Source of the DNA: Lytechinus pictus | Lineage: Eukaryota | NCBI RefSeq assembly: GCF_037042905.1 | Contig: NC_087245.1 | Location: 24,554,001-24,618,000, forward strand | Length of the DNA stretch: 64,000 nt | Direction of reading: 5' to 3' | Shown here: piece after piece, positions 40,190-52,160 of the stretch | Layout: each line of letters opens with the position of its first letter | How positions within the stretch are numbered: position 1 is the first letter of the stretch | Position numbers and translations under genes: made by a program | Notes under the pieces: generated by a model | Told to the model about the DNA's origin: nothing | What the model saw: only the letters and a program-made list of their open reading frames with translations | Database searches by the model: none

Positions 40190-41769
40190 ATATGTTCAAC
40201 CTTTGATGAGGCATTTTCAACTACTAGTGAATCCAGTGAGCCTATATGGGGATCATCGAGACATGCGCGCCACCAGCTTCTGAAAGATGAGGGATGGGCG
40301 CTGAAGCGAGACATGCTGTGGAAGGGGGCTTGGGCTTGCCCCTCTAACGCTATGGACTTTTTTATTTTTGTCATCAAAATTGACCCTTTAATGCACTTTG
40401 TATATAGCATACATCAAACGAAGTGTATTGTCGTTCAAATTTTATGGAGTAGAGTCTCATAATAACGAGCAGCAATGTACATTCTCTCATAAGCCAAGAT
40501 TTTGCATCATTTCCCTCACCCCCCCCCCCCCCGGCCACTTCTGGGGATGAAACACGAAACATTGGCTTATGAAAGAATGTACATTGCCGCATTCCTTGAA
40601 TGATCACGATTTAAATCCTTTCTGTGAATTAAAACACACACGTTCACTCTTCAAAAGAAAAATAATACTTTTTTTATTTAAGATGGCCTGCACTTCCTTC
40701 TTAAGTCTGCTCTTGAATGGCGGTTCCCTGACGGAACAGATATGGGTTCCGGTATGGATATACACCACATTAACCATTCTACGGTGCACAATGGTGATTT
40801 ATTATCATCTCATGTTTCTTATGATGTATGGGGGTCTGCTGCTTACCTATATTTAGCATATATCATAAATGTCACCACTTCTATGTGTGACGAGATTCCT
40901 GTCCGGTCGCTTCTTTTTTTTTCTTTTTTCCGTTTTTTTTCGTTTTTCCCAGAATGATATTATTATGTATGATTAGATATGGATTTAATAATGTTACAAA
41001 AAGAGAAAACGGGGCAATGTACCATATACATGTACCTTGAAGTGCATGTATGGAAGCGTATTATGAAATGCAAGGGGGTGTCTCTGACGTCAAGTCGGTT
41101 CAAATAAAAGCAGAACAAAGAGGATTAGGGGAAAGCTGTCCCCCACATTCACATTGTGATATAAAATCACATTGCGAATACTAATAACGCAATTTTCACA
41201 GAAAATTGAAAGCGATCTTTATGTTCATTCACTGGATAATCACCCTCATCTTACACATATAAGTGCCTCAAGTTACAATAGAATAATGAAGAACCATTAT
41301 ATGCCATCGAAAATGGCAAGTTATGGAATTAATTTATAGCATGACGTGCCGTGGGCGACCTCCTATTTCACAGAAAAAAATATATATTTCCCAGTTTATT
41401 CCTCGGTGGATTCCCGCCAAACCTTTATTTTTATTTAGTTCTCTATTCTTTAATTTCAAATCAAAATCTAATAGGTATCAACATGGAACGTGATTAAAAA
41501 TTGGTATGAGGTCCACAGTGCCCCTCAATTCTACGCATAACAAATTTGGAGGCGTGACTTTTTGAAGTTTTTTGTTTCATCCCAAGAGTAACTGTTGGCG
41601 TTCTTTTTGGTGTTGATTCATCCATCTGGCAAAATGAGCTATCATGATTCATCAAACAGTTCGTAATTACCCCTTTCTTCTTCTTCTTCTTCTTATTTTT
41701 CTTCTTCCTCTTGTTCTTCTTCTCCCTCCTCTTCCTCCCCCTCTCTCTCCCTCTTTCTCAATGCTGTTT

Positions 41770-42100
41770 GCGAGGCCTTGCATACTTTCGGAGGCCAAGG
41801 ACAACGCCCAAGGCCAAGACAATACAGTTGTCGTTGAGGCCAAGTCAGGCGTCAAGAATTGCAGCATTACATAAAAGATCTATTGTCCTTTTTTTAAGTT
41901 TCCTGGCCCCCTCCAGTGACCTACCCCTGAAAACAAGGCCAAGAATTCATACTTCCGAGGCCAGGGACGTTGCAGAGGCCACAGAATTGTCCTTGAGGCC
42001 AAGGACGGACCCAATAACAAGGTTTTAAAAAATTCCCTAAACTTAGTATTTCCAAGACCAAGGACTTGACCCAAGGAAAATGACACGACCAAGGCCACAT
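41770..42100. repeat. GAGGCCAAGG-motif repeat (transposon subterminal-type)
   Basis: About 10 copies of (ga)ggccaag(g) within 330 bp. Confidence 0.6.
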
Positions 42101-42200
42101 TACTGTCCTTGCCATGCTAACAGCTCCATTCCCTTTCCATGCCATATCATATCGTTTCTTTCAATTGATTTTTTTGTTCTTCACAGTCTCGTTTAAACCT

Positions 42201-42360
42201 GGCAAGCGTTTCATGAAATGATTTTTTCGGATGTTTTATCTAACAAAGTGTTTTTTTATTTATTTTGACGGTTACTATAGGAACTGTGCTTCTCAGCCAA
42301 TGAAAATCAAGGAAAGACGTCAGATCTGACCACCTGTCAGTCGATATATTAAAGATTCTC
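42201..42360. mobile_element. Diverged copy of the 23685 MITE family
   Basis: gcgtttcatgaaa...ctcagccaatgaaaatcaaggaaagacgtcagatctgac, matching the 23685 copy. Confidence 0.7.
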
Positions 42361-42445
42361 CAAACTTTTGTACTCATTCCACATGAAGTTAGAACTAGGC
42401 AGTACTTATTCGCTATCGTCAAGGTGCCTATCAAAAACGCCATCT

Positions 42446-43044
42446 CAAGTCCACCCTCAGAAAATGTTTATTTGAATAAATAGATAAAAATCAAACAAGC
42501 ACGACACTGAAAATTTCATCAAAATCGGATGTAAAATAAGAAAGTTATTACATTTTTAAGTTCGCTTATTTTTCACAAAACAGTTATATGCACAACTCGG
42601 TGATATGCAAATGCGAGAGTAGATGATGTGCCTCACTCACTATTACTTTTTTTATTGTTTTAATTATACAATATTTCATTATTTATATATTTGGCAATAA
42701 TGACCAACATGACTGAACCACATTATGTAAGGACAGTGGTAATCCACATGTTTAGGGAGTATTTTTTTTCTTCACATGACAATGAGGCAGAAATTTAAAT
42801 ATTTCATATTTCATAATAATGAAATACAAAAGAAATAGTGAGTGTGTGATGTCATCAGTCCCTCATTTGCACACCGACCGGGATGTGCATATAATTACTG
42901 TTTTGTGAAATTAAGCGATTCTTTAAAATGTCATAACTTTCTTATATTAACATCCGATTTTGATGAAACTTCCAGTGTTATGCTTGTTGGGTTTTTCTCC
43001 TTTTATCCAAATCAACTTTTTGTTGGGGTGGACTTGTCCTTTAA
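42446..43044. mobile_element. Kolobok-like MITE of about 600 bp, copy 2
   Basis: caagtccaccc ... ggggtggacttgtcct|ttaa, with long inverted arms. Confidence 0.88.
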
Positions 43045-43619
43045 CTCGTTTTCTTTAACAATTTGTTCACTTACTTACAACAGATGATTATGTATACTTT
43101 CGAAAGTAAAACTGAGTATTTGTTATTTCGTTATATCAAACATACGAATATTCTTCTAAGTTTTTGTTAAATGGGTTTTTATGTGAAAGTTCATTTCCTG
43201 CATTGAGTGAAGATGTGGGAAGTCTGTCAGTAGGGAACTAAATTAAAACAATACTCAATATTGCAATCCTGATTTTATTGCGAGTTGTTGAAACTAAAAG
43301 CAACAGTCATAAAGACCATAAAAACATCGCTTATTATCAGCATGACAATACTCCTTTCACGCTATATTTCCTTCATTTCACTGCTCTGTCTCTGTCTCCC
43401 CTCTGTCCCTCCCTCCCCCTCCCTCTCTCGCTCTTTCTGTATTTTGCCCCCTCCCCCGTCACTCATACTTTCTCTCTCCAAAGAATATCCCCTAAGCGTG
43501 AACTCATTTTTTTATTATTATTATATTGACAATGGAGTGGCTGCATTTTTTTAAGGTGTTAACTTTTGCTATTTTTGTCCACCCGGCATCTAATCCTAAT
43601 ACCAAAGAAAGAGGGAGAA

Positions 43620-43644
43620 AGAACGAAAGAAAGAAATAAATAAA

Positions 43645-43679
<35 letters not shown>
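43620..43679. repeat. (GAAA)n microsatellite
   Basis: Directly visible. Confidence 0.9.
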
Positions 43680-46308
43680 TAATAGTCAAGGAGGGGGAGG
43701 GTAACACACTCTTAGACAAATTTAGATGGAGATCCAAGGTTTTAACAGAAAGTGGATAACATGCTGACTGTGAGCCTATTTAAATCTTCCAACCATACCA
43801 TGTTATGCAAGGAATCTCTTCCGACTTCTACCGCAGTCAACTCAGGTTATATCGATTGCGCCATCTATTGGGGAATATGGACGTAATTACAGCAAGCAAT
43901 TTTGATTCACCAAGACCAACAGACCAAACACAACTGATGAAAAAGAGGTGAAAACGAAAAAAAAAGGTGAACAAAAAATATTAAAAAATAAAGAAGCGTA
44001 TAATATAAATATAGGTCTTGCAGGTTTATGATATTCAATGGGAAAAATATCACTTTTAGGACGCCCTCATAATACGCCCTCATAATACTCTAGAAGCGTT
44101 CCAGAAAGAATATTTTGACGTCAAGTTTGCTTAAATAGAAGCAAGATGAGCGAATTATATGTAAATCACTCCCAAAAATTTATTTATTAAATATAATTCA
44201 TAAAAACAGATAGATAGCCATTTCTAATGTACATGACGAGATATGTATAATATAATTTTGTGACTCCAGAAATCAAAATTAAAACTCGAAAAACATTGTT
44301 GAAATTGTTTTCTGAACGCATGATCAGTTTATGATTGTTTTAAGTTGATAAAATAGGAACTGAAATCGAATTGTGATATTTTAGATGAAATCTGTTTCGG
44401 TAAATCTGACGATAGAAATTCCTAGGGACGAAATCTTTCATGAAATGATAATAATGACCGTTATGATGGGCATGATATTTCAAAAAGTACAATCGTGCAC
44501 TACATATACACTCTATATACATTTCTGTCCCGAATCCATATTATATACATTTACATGGTATGACACTGTCGGGACAATCGAAATAATTCCGACAGAAAAT
44601 CACTCAATCACCTCTTGTATATATACACATTAGAATGATATTTAAAAAAAACAGAAAATTTGCTAAGTGTTATTATAAACTAGGGCCCGTTTTTAAGAAC
44701 TTGTTACAATAACAAATTTACAGAGTAACAGTGTAAAGCTCCTTAAGTCATTCAATTTGATTAGCTTATGTTACAGACATGTTCATTTTATTCGTTTAAC
44801 AAGTACTTATGAAACGGGATCCATGTCTTTAAAAAAATCCTTTGCAATAAACATATTCATTTTCGTAAAAAATAATATTTAGAACCTTTCGTGTTTTCAT
44901 GTACGCGACAAGAAATGTCAAATATCTTTTTTTTTTTCAAGAGTGTTATTGATACAGTACAAAAATAGATCTGATATTCTCAACAATTAAAATATGAGTA
45001 TAATAATTATCAACATGTGCAGTACACCGGTAATTTTGATAGCGGGCATAACAACCAAAAATGTGGGTCCTTAGAATATAAGTATATTGTATCATTAAAC
45101 AACCAACAAATCACGTTCCCCTGCTATTTCATTCATATTCTTCATCCACCTCGTCTATGCTCCTACATTTTTTCACTTCTCAAAAAAAAAAAAGATAAAA
45201 TCATAGCGAGTGGTCACCCTATATCCGATCCCTGTAGCGCCGCCCCTGTATAGCTTCTCCATTTTTTTTTACTATAATTATTTTGACCTAGAATCCACTC
45301 TGCCATCGGTCAGCGAAACCAACAATACCAAACTGCATGAGATTCCCCTTATTTTATTTCCTTCCTTGTTTGTGACGTTTTGACGTTGGTTTAGGTCTTA
45401 TGATATCGCTACTATTGCTACATTCATCAAGTCTACTACTCTATAATCTTTGGTGTCCAAACGTACCGGATCTGCTTTGGCTTTTACACGGTATGGCGAA
45501 ATAACACTTCAAAGGAATGAAAATGATGCGAAATTGAAATGAACGATTCAACTACATTTTTTCTCTCTCTGTTCGTAGGTATATATCCGCGTACAGACTG
45601 TACTTTATATCTGGAGTGGCGCTTATTTCAATCTCTTTCAAAATAATCAAATAAAAAATACATGTCTGAGCATCGATGTGCATCATATTATATACAATTT
45701 CTAGAGAGTGAAAAATGTAGGGTTTGATATCGGCTAATGTACAATATTATTGCCTGCATAGATCATTCATGACGTCAACCATATTTACAGTGCCCCAAGC
45801 CTCTGTAAAGAATATTTAATTCTTGTAATTCTAAGATAAATTCAATTCACTTTCACAAAATAAATTATTGTATGTATTTAATGCATTTAACATAACAGAT
45901 GATAGTCAAAAACTTGCCATGAAAACATTGAATCGAAATATTTTAGCAAAGCTGCTCAATACTTTCCAAAAAAAAAAACATTCTAAAGTCTCTATTCCCA
46001 AGTATCTTTACCGATTACTTATTTACTTTAGGCCTATTTTACTATTGCTTAGATGAACGCATGATCTTAACTAAACGAGGTTGCCGTGGAGATTCCTCAG
46101 TCGTATTATTAATCTACGCGACAAATCCACTATTTGGACGTCCTACACTCTTAAAATAGTTGGGCAAAAATGCCCAACTTTAAACCAACCCTGGGCAACA
46201 TACTGTCCACACAACTAGTGGTTAAAATCTGTCCAAATTGGGTAATAAAAACTTATAATTGGGTAATGAATTTGCTCAATTGGATAATGATTGCCCAGAA
46301 TATATATA

Positions 46309-47394
46309 CAATGTGTCCCACAAAAAACGAAACCGAGATTTAGCGATGATTTAGTGGATTAGTGGATTAGTCTTCGGACTTTGAAACAGAGGGTCGTGGG
46401 TTCGAATCCCAGCCATGGCGTAATTTCCTTCGGCAAGAAATTTATCCACATTGTGCTGCACTCGACCCAGGTGAGGGAAATGGGTACCCGGCAGGATTAA
46501 TTCCTTGAATGCTTGAGCGCCTAGGCATCCCAGCTAAAGCCGGGGTAATAATAGCAGGGCCCGCTGGGAGAACAGTTTTCGGAACTGAAGCGGCTACCCT
46601 GGGTAAATATACCGCTATTATTATTATTATTATTAATCATAAATACAATAGACAAATGACCTACCAATGTAAAGCTTAGAATCCCTTCTTTCACCTAAAA
46701 TTACTTCCATTATTCCTCACTCACGCATGAGCAAAAATAATTTGAAGAATGGATACCAAACACTCATTTGGCGGGGGGTATCTGAATTTCAAAAAGAAAA
46801 TCACATGCCTAAAAAGTTCAATATCTGCTCTTTTATTTGATACCGTAATCAAAGAAAATTGTCAAGAAGTAAAAAAGTTCTGTTCCCTCGAAACAATGTT
46901 TGTTTTTCCATAATTTCATTAAATAAACGTGTTTTCACCGGTTTCCTACAGAAGTTATCACACGGTTAACAACAAACTTAATACATGGCTGATCGTCAAC
47001 AAAACGGAGTGTCGGGTGAGTCTGGACCCTAGCCTGTAAAACCTCTTCATTTTATGAAATTATTGACATTCAAGCCTTGTTTCAAATATCCAGAACTTTG
47101 TTATTACTTGACCATTATTTGTAATTGAGGTATCAAATTAAAGAGCATATATTGAACTTTTTAAAAATGAGGTTTTATTTTTTAAACCCGGCCAGATACA
47201 GCCCGCCAAGTGACATTTTGGTAGTCCCTCTTCAAATTGCTTTTGCCCTCTCATCCGTGAATGTGAAATAATCTAGGTAATTTCAGATGAAAGAGGGGAT
47301 TCTAAAATGGTAGGTAATTTGGCTATTGTATTTGTGATTAAGTTATAATAAATCATCGATAAATCCCGGTTTCGTTTTTTTGTGGGACGCACTG
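46309..47394. mobile_element. Tc1/mariner-type non-autonomous DNA element with long TIRs, flanked by TA runs
   Basis: caatgtgtcccacaaaaaacgaaaccgagattta / taaatcccggtttcgttttttttgtgggacgcactg. The inverted match continues beyond the SINE insertion. Confidence 0.85.
46354..46633 (+). mobile_element. tRNA-derived SINE (Deu/Nin-like core, LINE-type tail, (ATT)n end)
   Basis: B box GGGTTCGAATCCC, core ...cacattgtgctgcactcgacccaggtg..aaatgggtacccggcagg, a 3' stem-loop and an (ATT)n tail. It is inserted into a MITE arm. Confidence 0.88.
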
Positions 47395-47530
47395 TATATA
47401 TATACATATTTACCAACATACATTACCCAACACAGTGGACAGTATGTTGCCCAACATTTTAAAGTTGGTTCATAAAGAGAGAGAAAGAGACTCTTATATG
47501 CGGATGAAAGACATATATAATTGGCTGTTT

Positions 47531-48760
47531 TTAATTTTCAACACACCTTTCACATCTGACAAACCATTTCCTTTTATCGCCTTTGCATCGATCAAGCTGC
47601 AGGAAGTAGCGAAAGTTTTTGCGAAAATGGACGTTGAAAGCAGCATAGATCAGGGGATTGATGGTCGAGTTGCACCAGGCCAGAACCTCGGTGACTTCCC
47701 AGGTAACATCGGAAACACATTCAGATCCACATATTGAAAAAAACACCGTCATGATCTTGTACGGTAACCAGAATGCCATGAAGGTCCCCGTGAGTATGGA
47801 CAAAACTATGGCTGCTTTTCGGTGTCTCGCAAGGGCCATTTTCTCCTTTTTCACAGTCCTTGCGATTTCGCTGTAGTCGGGCAGGCCTTTTTCCGGATGA
47901 GACCTCGGGATTTTACGAGTTGGCGTCGGGTTGTTTTCAGGCCTGACCTCTTGGACATGCTCGAGGCAAGCCGAACCTTCAGAAGGTGTGTAACGACAGG
48001 ATGACTCGTTGGTGTCTTGATCCACGGAGTGGCTTGGGGTATTCTTGTTGCGATACGGAGGGCTGATCTGTCTTCCTTTAGATCTTCGATAGATGTTGAC
48101 GTAGACGGACACATTCATCGCGATCGCAATTGACAGCAAGGCACTGAATGGTAGTAGGTTTATGTAGAGTGGGGCTAAACGGGTGTAATTGAACTCCATT
48201 CTGCATGTGACACCGTAATTAACAGCATCCATCTTCCTAAAGGGACCCCAGGTGAAAGCGATCAGGGTCCAGTAGATCACGACGAATATCCAACAGATGA
48301 TGAGGATTGACCCTACACGATGCTTCGTCTGGTAGGTCTTATACTGGATGCCCAGCCTGACCAGGGTGTAGCGATCCCAACTAATCAGGACAATCGTGAT
48401 GATAGACATCCAGCACACGGTGAAGTCCAGGATAGTCCAAAGCTTGCAGAGGACCTCACCGTACGGCCAGAACCCACGTACGAACCTTGAGAAATTGAAA
48501 ATAAGACTGAACACTCCCACGATCAGATCCGTGATGGCGAGATTTAGAATCAAGAGATTGGCCACCTTGTCACGGATGCGAGGATCCCGACAGTAAGCAA
48601 GGATCACAAGGATGTTGCCAGTCACTGTCAGGGTTATAATGATAGAAACGACCAAATATATCAGCACAATACCGGCTTGGGTGTAAAGTTGCTGAGGACC
48701 GTCTGAGGTTGTCATCATAGACATAGTTGTATTTGTCGCAATTTTCCCTTCTCCTTCCAT
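47531..48760 (-). CDS. Intronless rhodopsin-family (class A) aminergic GPCR, histamine H3/H4- or muscarinic-like, 409 aa
   Basis: Uninterrupted ORF with 7 hydrophobic segments. Motifs: TM1 GNxLV, TM2 NLAITDL, WPYG + LCKLW, TM3 Asp (ILDFTVC, D3.32 position), DRY, long ICL3, TM6 FWLPY, TM7 WCNSTINPLIY (NPxxY), helix 8 FRKNF, and an N-terminal NTT sequon. Confidence 0.95.
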   Translation of the reverse strand: MEGEGKIATNTTMSMMTTSDGPQQLYTQAGIVLIYLVVSIIITLTVTGNILVILAYCRDPRIRDKVANLLILNLAITDLIVGVFSLIFNFSRFVRGFWPYGEVLCKLWTILDFTVCWMSIITIVLISWDRYTLVRLGIQYKTYQTKHRVGSILIICWIFVVIYWTLIAFTWGPFRKMDAVNYGVTCRMEFNYTRLAPLYINLLPFSALLSIAIAMNVSVYVNIYRRSKGRQISPPYRNKNTPSHSVDQDTNESSCRYTPSEGSACLEHVQEVRPENNPTPTRKIPRSHPEKGLPDYSEIARTVKKEKMALARHRKAAIVLSILTGTFMAFWLPYKIMTVFFSICGSECVSDVTWEVTEVLAWCNSTINPLIYAAFNVHFRKNFRYFLQLDRCKGDKRKWFVRCERCVEN

Positions 48761-48877
48761 ACTCGTGATATTCTATACACAGTACAATAATAGAGATGTT
48801 GTTTGCTCGACTGTGTTATTCTGATGAATTCTGGTTCAGGACCGAGTGCTGTTGGAAGGTGACTGCGTCAAAATGGT

Positions 48878-48919
48878 AACTGGAACTCACGTATTATGAT
48901 TGGATAAATCTCTTTTATA
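48878..48919 (-). promoter_or_regulatory. Candidate core promoter of the GPCR (TATAAAA plus Inr-like sequence)
   Basis: Minus-strand TATAAAA at 48919-48913, followed 32-38 nt later by GTGAGTT/CCAGTT. It lies about 160 nt upstream of the ATG. A second TATATAA lies near 49151-49157. Motif-only evidence. Confidence 0.25.
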
Positions 48920-49914
48920 TGGTATGATAATTGTAATTTGCAAAGTCTTTTAGTTTTTTTTATCGTCTTTCGAAGAAACTCCGCGGGTTTCTGCGACTAA
49001 TTATTGCGAAAACATGCAGAAACTTCAAAAACTTCTTCCTGGTCCAAATGGAGAATCGGACGTGAAGTAGAGGAAATATTTGAGGCTGGGTCAGCGAGAG
49101 CATCGAGCATCATTCTGTTAAGAGCACGCCACTACCATCAACAATCGCTCTTATATATCGCTTTCATATTTTTAATTTCCTAGATATGAAACAAGGAACT
49201 GATCACTAATTGATTGATGACACGTGATACACGTCATCCATCCATACACCAACACCATGATAAAACATTTTCTTTAAAACCTTTTTGACATTGTCGACTT
49301 CTGGGGGCTGCTGAGTCGTAAACCCGACTTAATAAGGAAATTATGTCATTGCAGTGGGAAATTGAGCGTGACGGGGTTACATGAACTTATCAGGTTCAAG
49401 GTGACCAATGCTTAGCTGGTATAAAATTCACAGCTCTTGATAATATTTCCCTCGCGTGAGTGACAGATTGCTTTACAGGGTTTGCGCAGAGCAGAGAATA
49501 GATAGCATGTTAAATTTCTTCTTTCAGTTTAAATTCATTCTCAATCACCATGGTATTGAACACTCATCTGTTAAACAAAGATATAGATTTTAATGAAATG
49601 ATAGCGCTTGATTGTATATCCATCGCGTGAGTGAAAACTGTTTTACAAGGTCTTAGGCTTAATTTGAAATAGATTATATATCGAATTTCCTTTCACTTTT
49701 ATGTCATTCTCAAGTGTCATAATATACATTATACTCATACCCTCACCAAGGCGGATATGTTTTCGATCGATATTTTTCATGGTAAGCTGACTTTACGTAC
49801 ATTATAATGATGTATTTTATTTGTTTAATTGACTTCATTATTTCACTTCGTCATTTCATTAGTATACACAATTTTCAAAAACTTAATTTTTAGCACTGCT
49901 ACATGGATTTCTTC

Positions 49915-50156
49915 GTACCGGGTACTCATTCAACTCACCTGGGTTAAATGCAGCACAATGTTTGTTTGTTTGTTTTATTTTTCACCATGCATAACAAGAA
50001 ATGAATTGACAAAATATAATGTTACATTGATAATAAAAATACACAGTAGGAACTAAGCATAAACAAAAATTTGGGTAACTTTCTTGCTGTTTATAGGAAG
50101 ACACGCCATGGCTTGGAATCGAACCCACGTCCCTCAGATTGAAATGCGAGAGTCAT
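49915..50156 (-). mobile_element. Third, partial copy of the SINE, interrupted by an insertion of about 110 bp
   Basis: Core ctcacctgggttaaatgcagcacaatg (to 49960) and head acacgccatggcttggaatcgaacccacg (from 50101) are separated by foreign sequence that begins (TTTG)n. Confidence 0.75.
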
Positions 50157-50308
50157 AAAAATTATAGTTTGGTCCCTCTATAGTTTCCCTTTAACCCAGG
50201 CATCTTTTTCCCCCTTAAAAAGGTCTTCCAATTATGTTCCCATTGTGTAATGATATGTGTAAAGTTAGCTTAATATGATTTATGTATTTGTTTAATCACT
50301 TCTAATTC

Positions 50309-52160
50309 CATAGGCGGATCCAGGGGGGGGGGGCGAGGGAAACGGCCTCCCCCCCCCCCCCCCCCCCCCCCCATTGGCGAAGCAAAAAAAAATGAGAAAA
50401 AGGGGAAAAGAAAAAAAAGAGGGGAAAGAAAGGAGGAAAAATAAGAGGAGGGAGACGAGTGAATAAAATAAGGTCAGGGGAAGACTTGCAATTTTTTTTT
50501 TTAATAGGGCCTATTTCATGTCACTTCGCGCTCGCATTGCCCGTTCGATGAGATACATAATTATCTTGCTCAATAGGCTGATATGTAGCTTAAAATATCA
50601 AGGTTTGAAGTCAATATACCAACCATATTTCAGCTCGGGCTTTCATTTATGTGTTTGATTTACAAATTGATTTGTTTAAAGTGCTCTGTAAAATGTCCGT
50701 TTTATGGTGTGAATATCAACATTTGCAGCTTGCGCTGTGCGCTCGTATTATTTGATGTGTAGGACTATTGTCTTTGTGTATTCCATAAGATTCTCAAAAT
50801 ATCCCTTTTCAGGTGTCTGATGGCCTATGAGCTATCGCTGTGCGCTATGTATAACTCTATATCAATTCTATAACAAACTACTTAAAACCCACCTCATATG
50901 ACAGTTTATCAAACAGTTCGGCTCTCGATTTGCGCTCGCATTAGTAGTTAAAAATATATCAACCCATGAATCCTATATATGATTACAAAAGTGCTTAAAA
51001 TGTCAATTTTTCAGGCCTCAATGTCAACAAATATCACGCACTCATTAAGCTTATTACAATATGAATATGATAATAAAATTTTCATTAATTCCTAATAACT
51101 TAATTGTCCCTTTTTCAGGAAGGAATAACGACAAGTTTCATATCGCGCTTAGGAAGAGGGATAGGAAGATAGTCATCATTTTCATATGATGACAAATAAT
51201 CCTAAGTCCTTCGCACTCGCATCATTTATTAAGGGCTATCCAAATCTACTTCACAATATCCCTACACAGTGCTTTAGATAGTTCTTAAATTCACCCTTTT
51301 CATATCGGAATATCAAATATTTTCAGCTCGCGCTTCGCGCTCGCATTATTGATTTTCATGATAAAAATGAAATGTATTCAGAATGCCCAGATTCTGTCTA
51401 ACTCTAAAACACGCGCACGCATGTTTATTGAGATACGCAGCTTGATCTTTATTCAAAATGTGCTTAAATTATCCAGTTTCAGATCACAATATCAAAAATT
51501 TTCTGCTCGCGCTTTGCGCTCGCATAATTAATGTTGGAAGATACCAAATTACCCATCCGTTTTCATGATTTACAAAACATGAATAGACAGTCTCGTTTTT
51601 TATCTGAAATCTCAATTCTTTTTTCCGCTAGCGCTTCGCACTCGTATCAAGCATTTGGTTATTATACCTATACCGTTAATGGTTACAAAAAGTGCTTAGA
51701 ATTTCATTTTTTTAGGTCGGAGTGTAAAAAAATAATTCTGCTCGCGCTTCGCGCTCGCAATATTTAAATAGGGCTTATGAGATTATTACACATTTATGTC
51801 ACTTGTTTTATAAGAATAAAGCTAAGAAATGACTGCTAGGATATGAGCGTTTTGCTTCCCCCCCCCAAAAAAAAAAAAAAAAATCACGACCAAGAAAAAA
51901 AAAGACAAATATTATTATTTTCAAAATGTTATGTCAAAATCTATCACAAACTTCGATTTTTGTAATAAAAAATTTAAAAAATGTCGAAATATTTGCTTGC
52001 TCGCTCGCTCGCAACTCCTTATTAATTTTACGCCATACGCCTTATCAAGCCCCCTCAAATTTGTTGGTTCATTACGCCACTGGAACAACCCCTTTAAAGA
52101 AACAAATAAATATCAACTTTGAGTGGCCGATCGGGGAAAATATGGGTGAAAAAAATTCGC
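50309..52160 (+). mobile_element. Large non-autonomous element with internal degenerate tandem units carrying GCTCGCGCTTCGCGCTCGC
   Basis: Starts cataggcggatccaggggg. The motif recurs many times (e.g. 50525, 51326, 51505, 51740). A CAGTGGCGTAATGA-family fragment is nested at about 51850-52082. Confidence 0.7.

Larger units (their letters stand above)
46146..47482. mobile_element. CACTC-terminal MITE split by nested insertions
   Basis: Left arm ccaactttaaa..tgggcaacatactgtccac is the inverted match of right arm gtggacagtatgttgccca..tttaaagttgg. The right terminus is degenerate. Confidence 0.7.

Noticed and set aside
47435..48596. Several ORFs overlapping the GPCR on the opposite strand or in other frames
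   Set aside because: They are shadows of the real CDS with no independent coding signal.
48773..48890. Possible short 5' UTR intron of the GPCR (GTGAGT...TAG)
   Set aside because: The polypyrimidine tract is weak and it conflicts with the nearby TATA candidate; it cannot be supported without transcripts.
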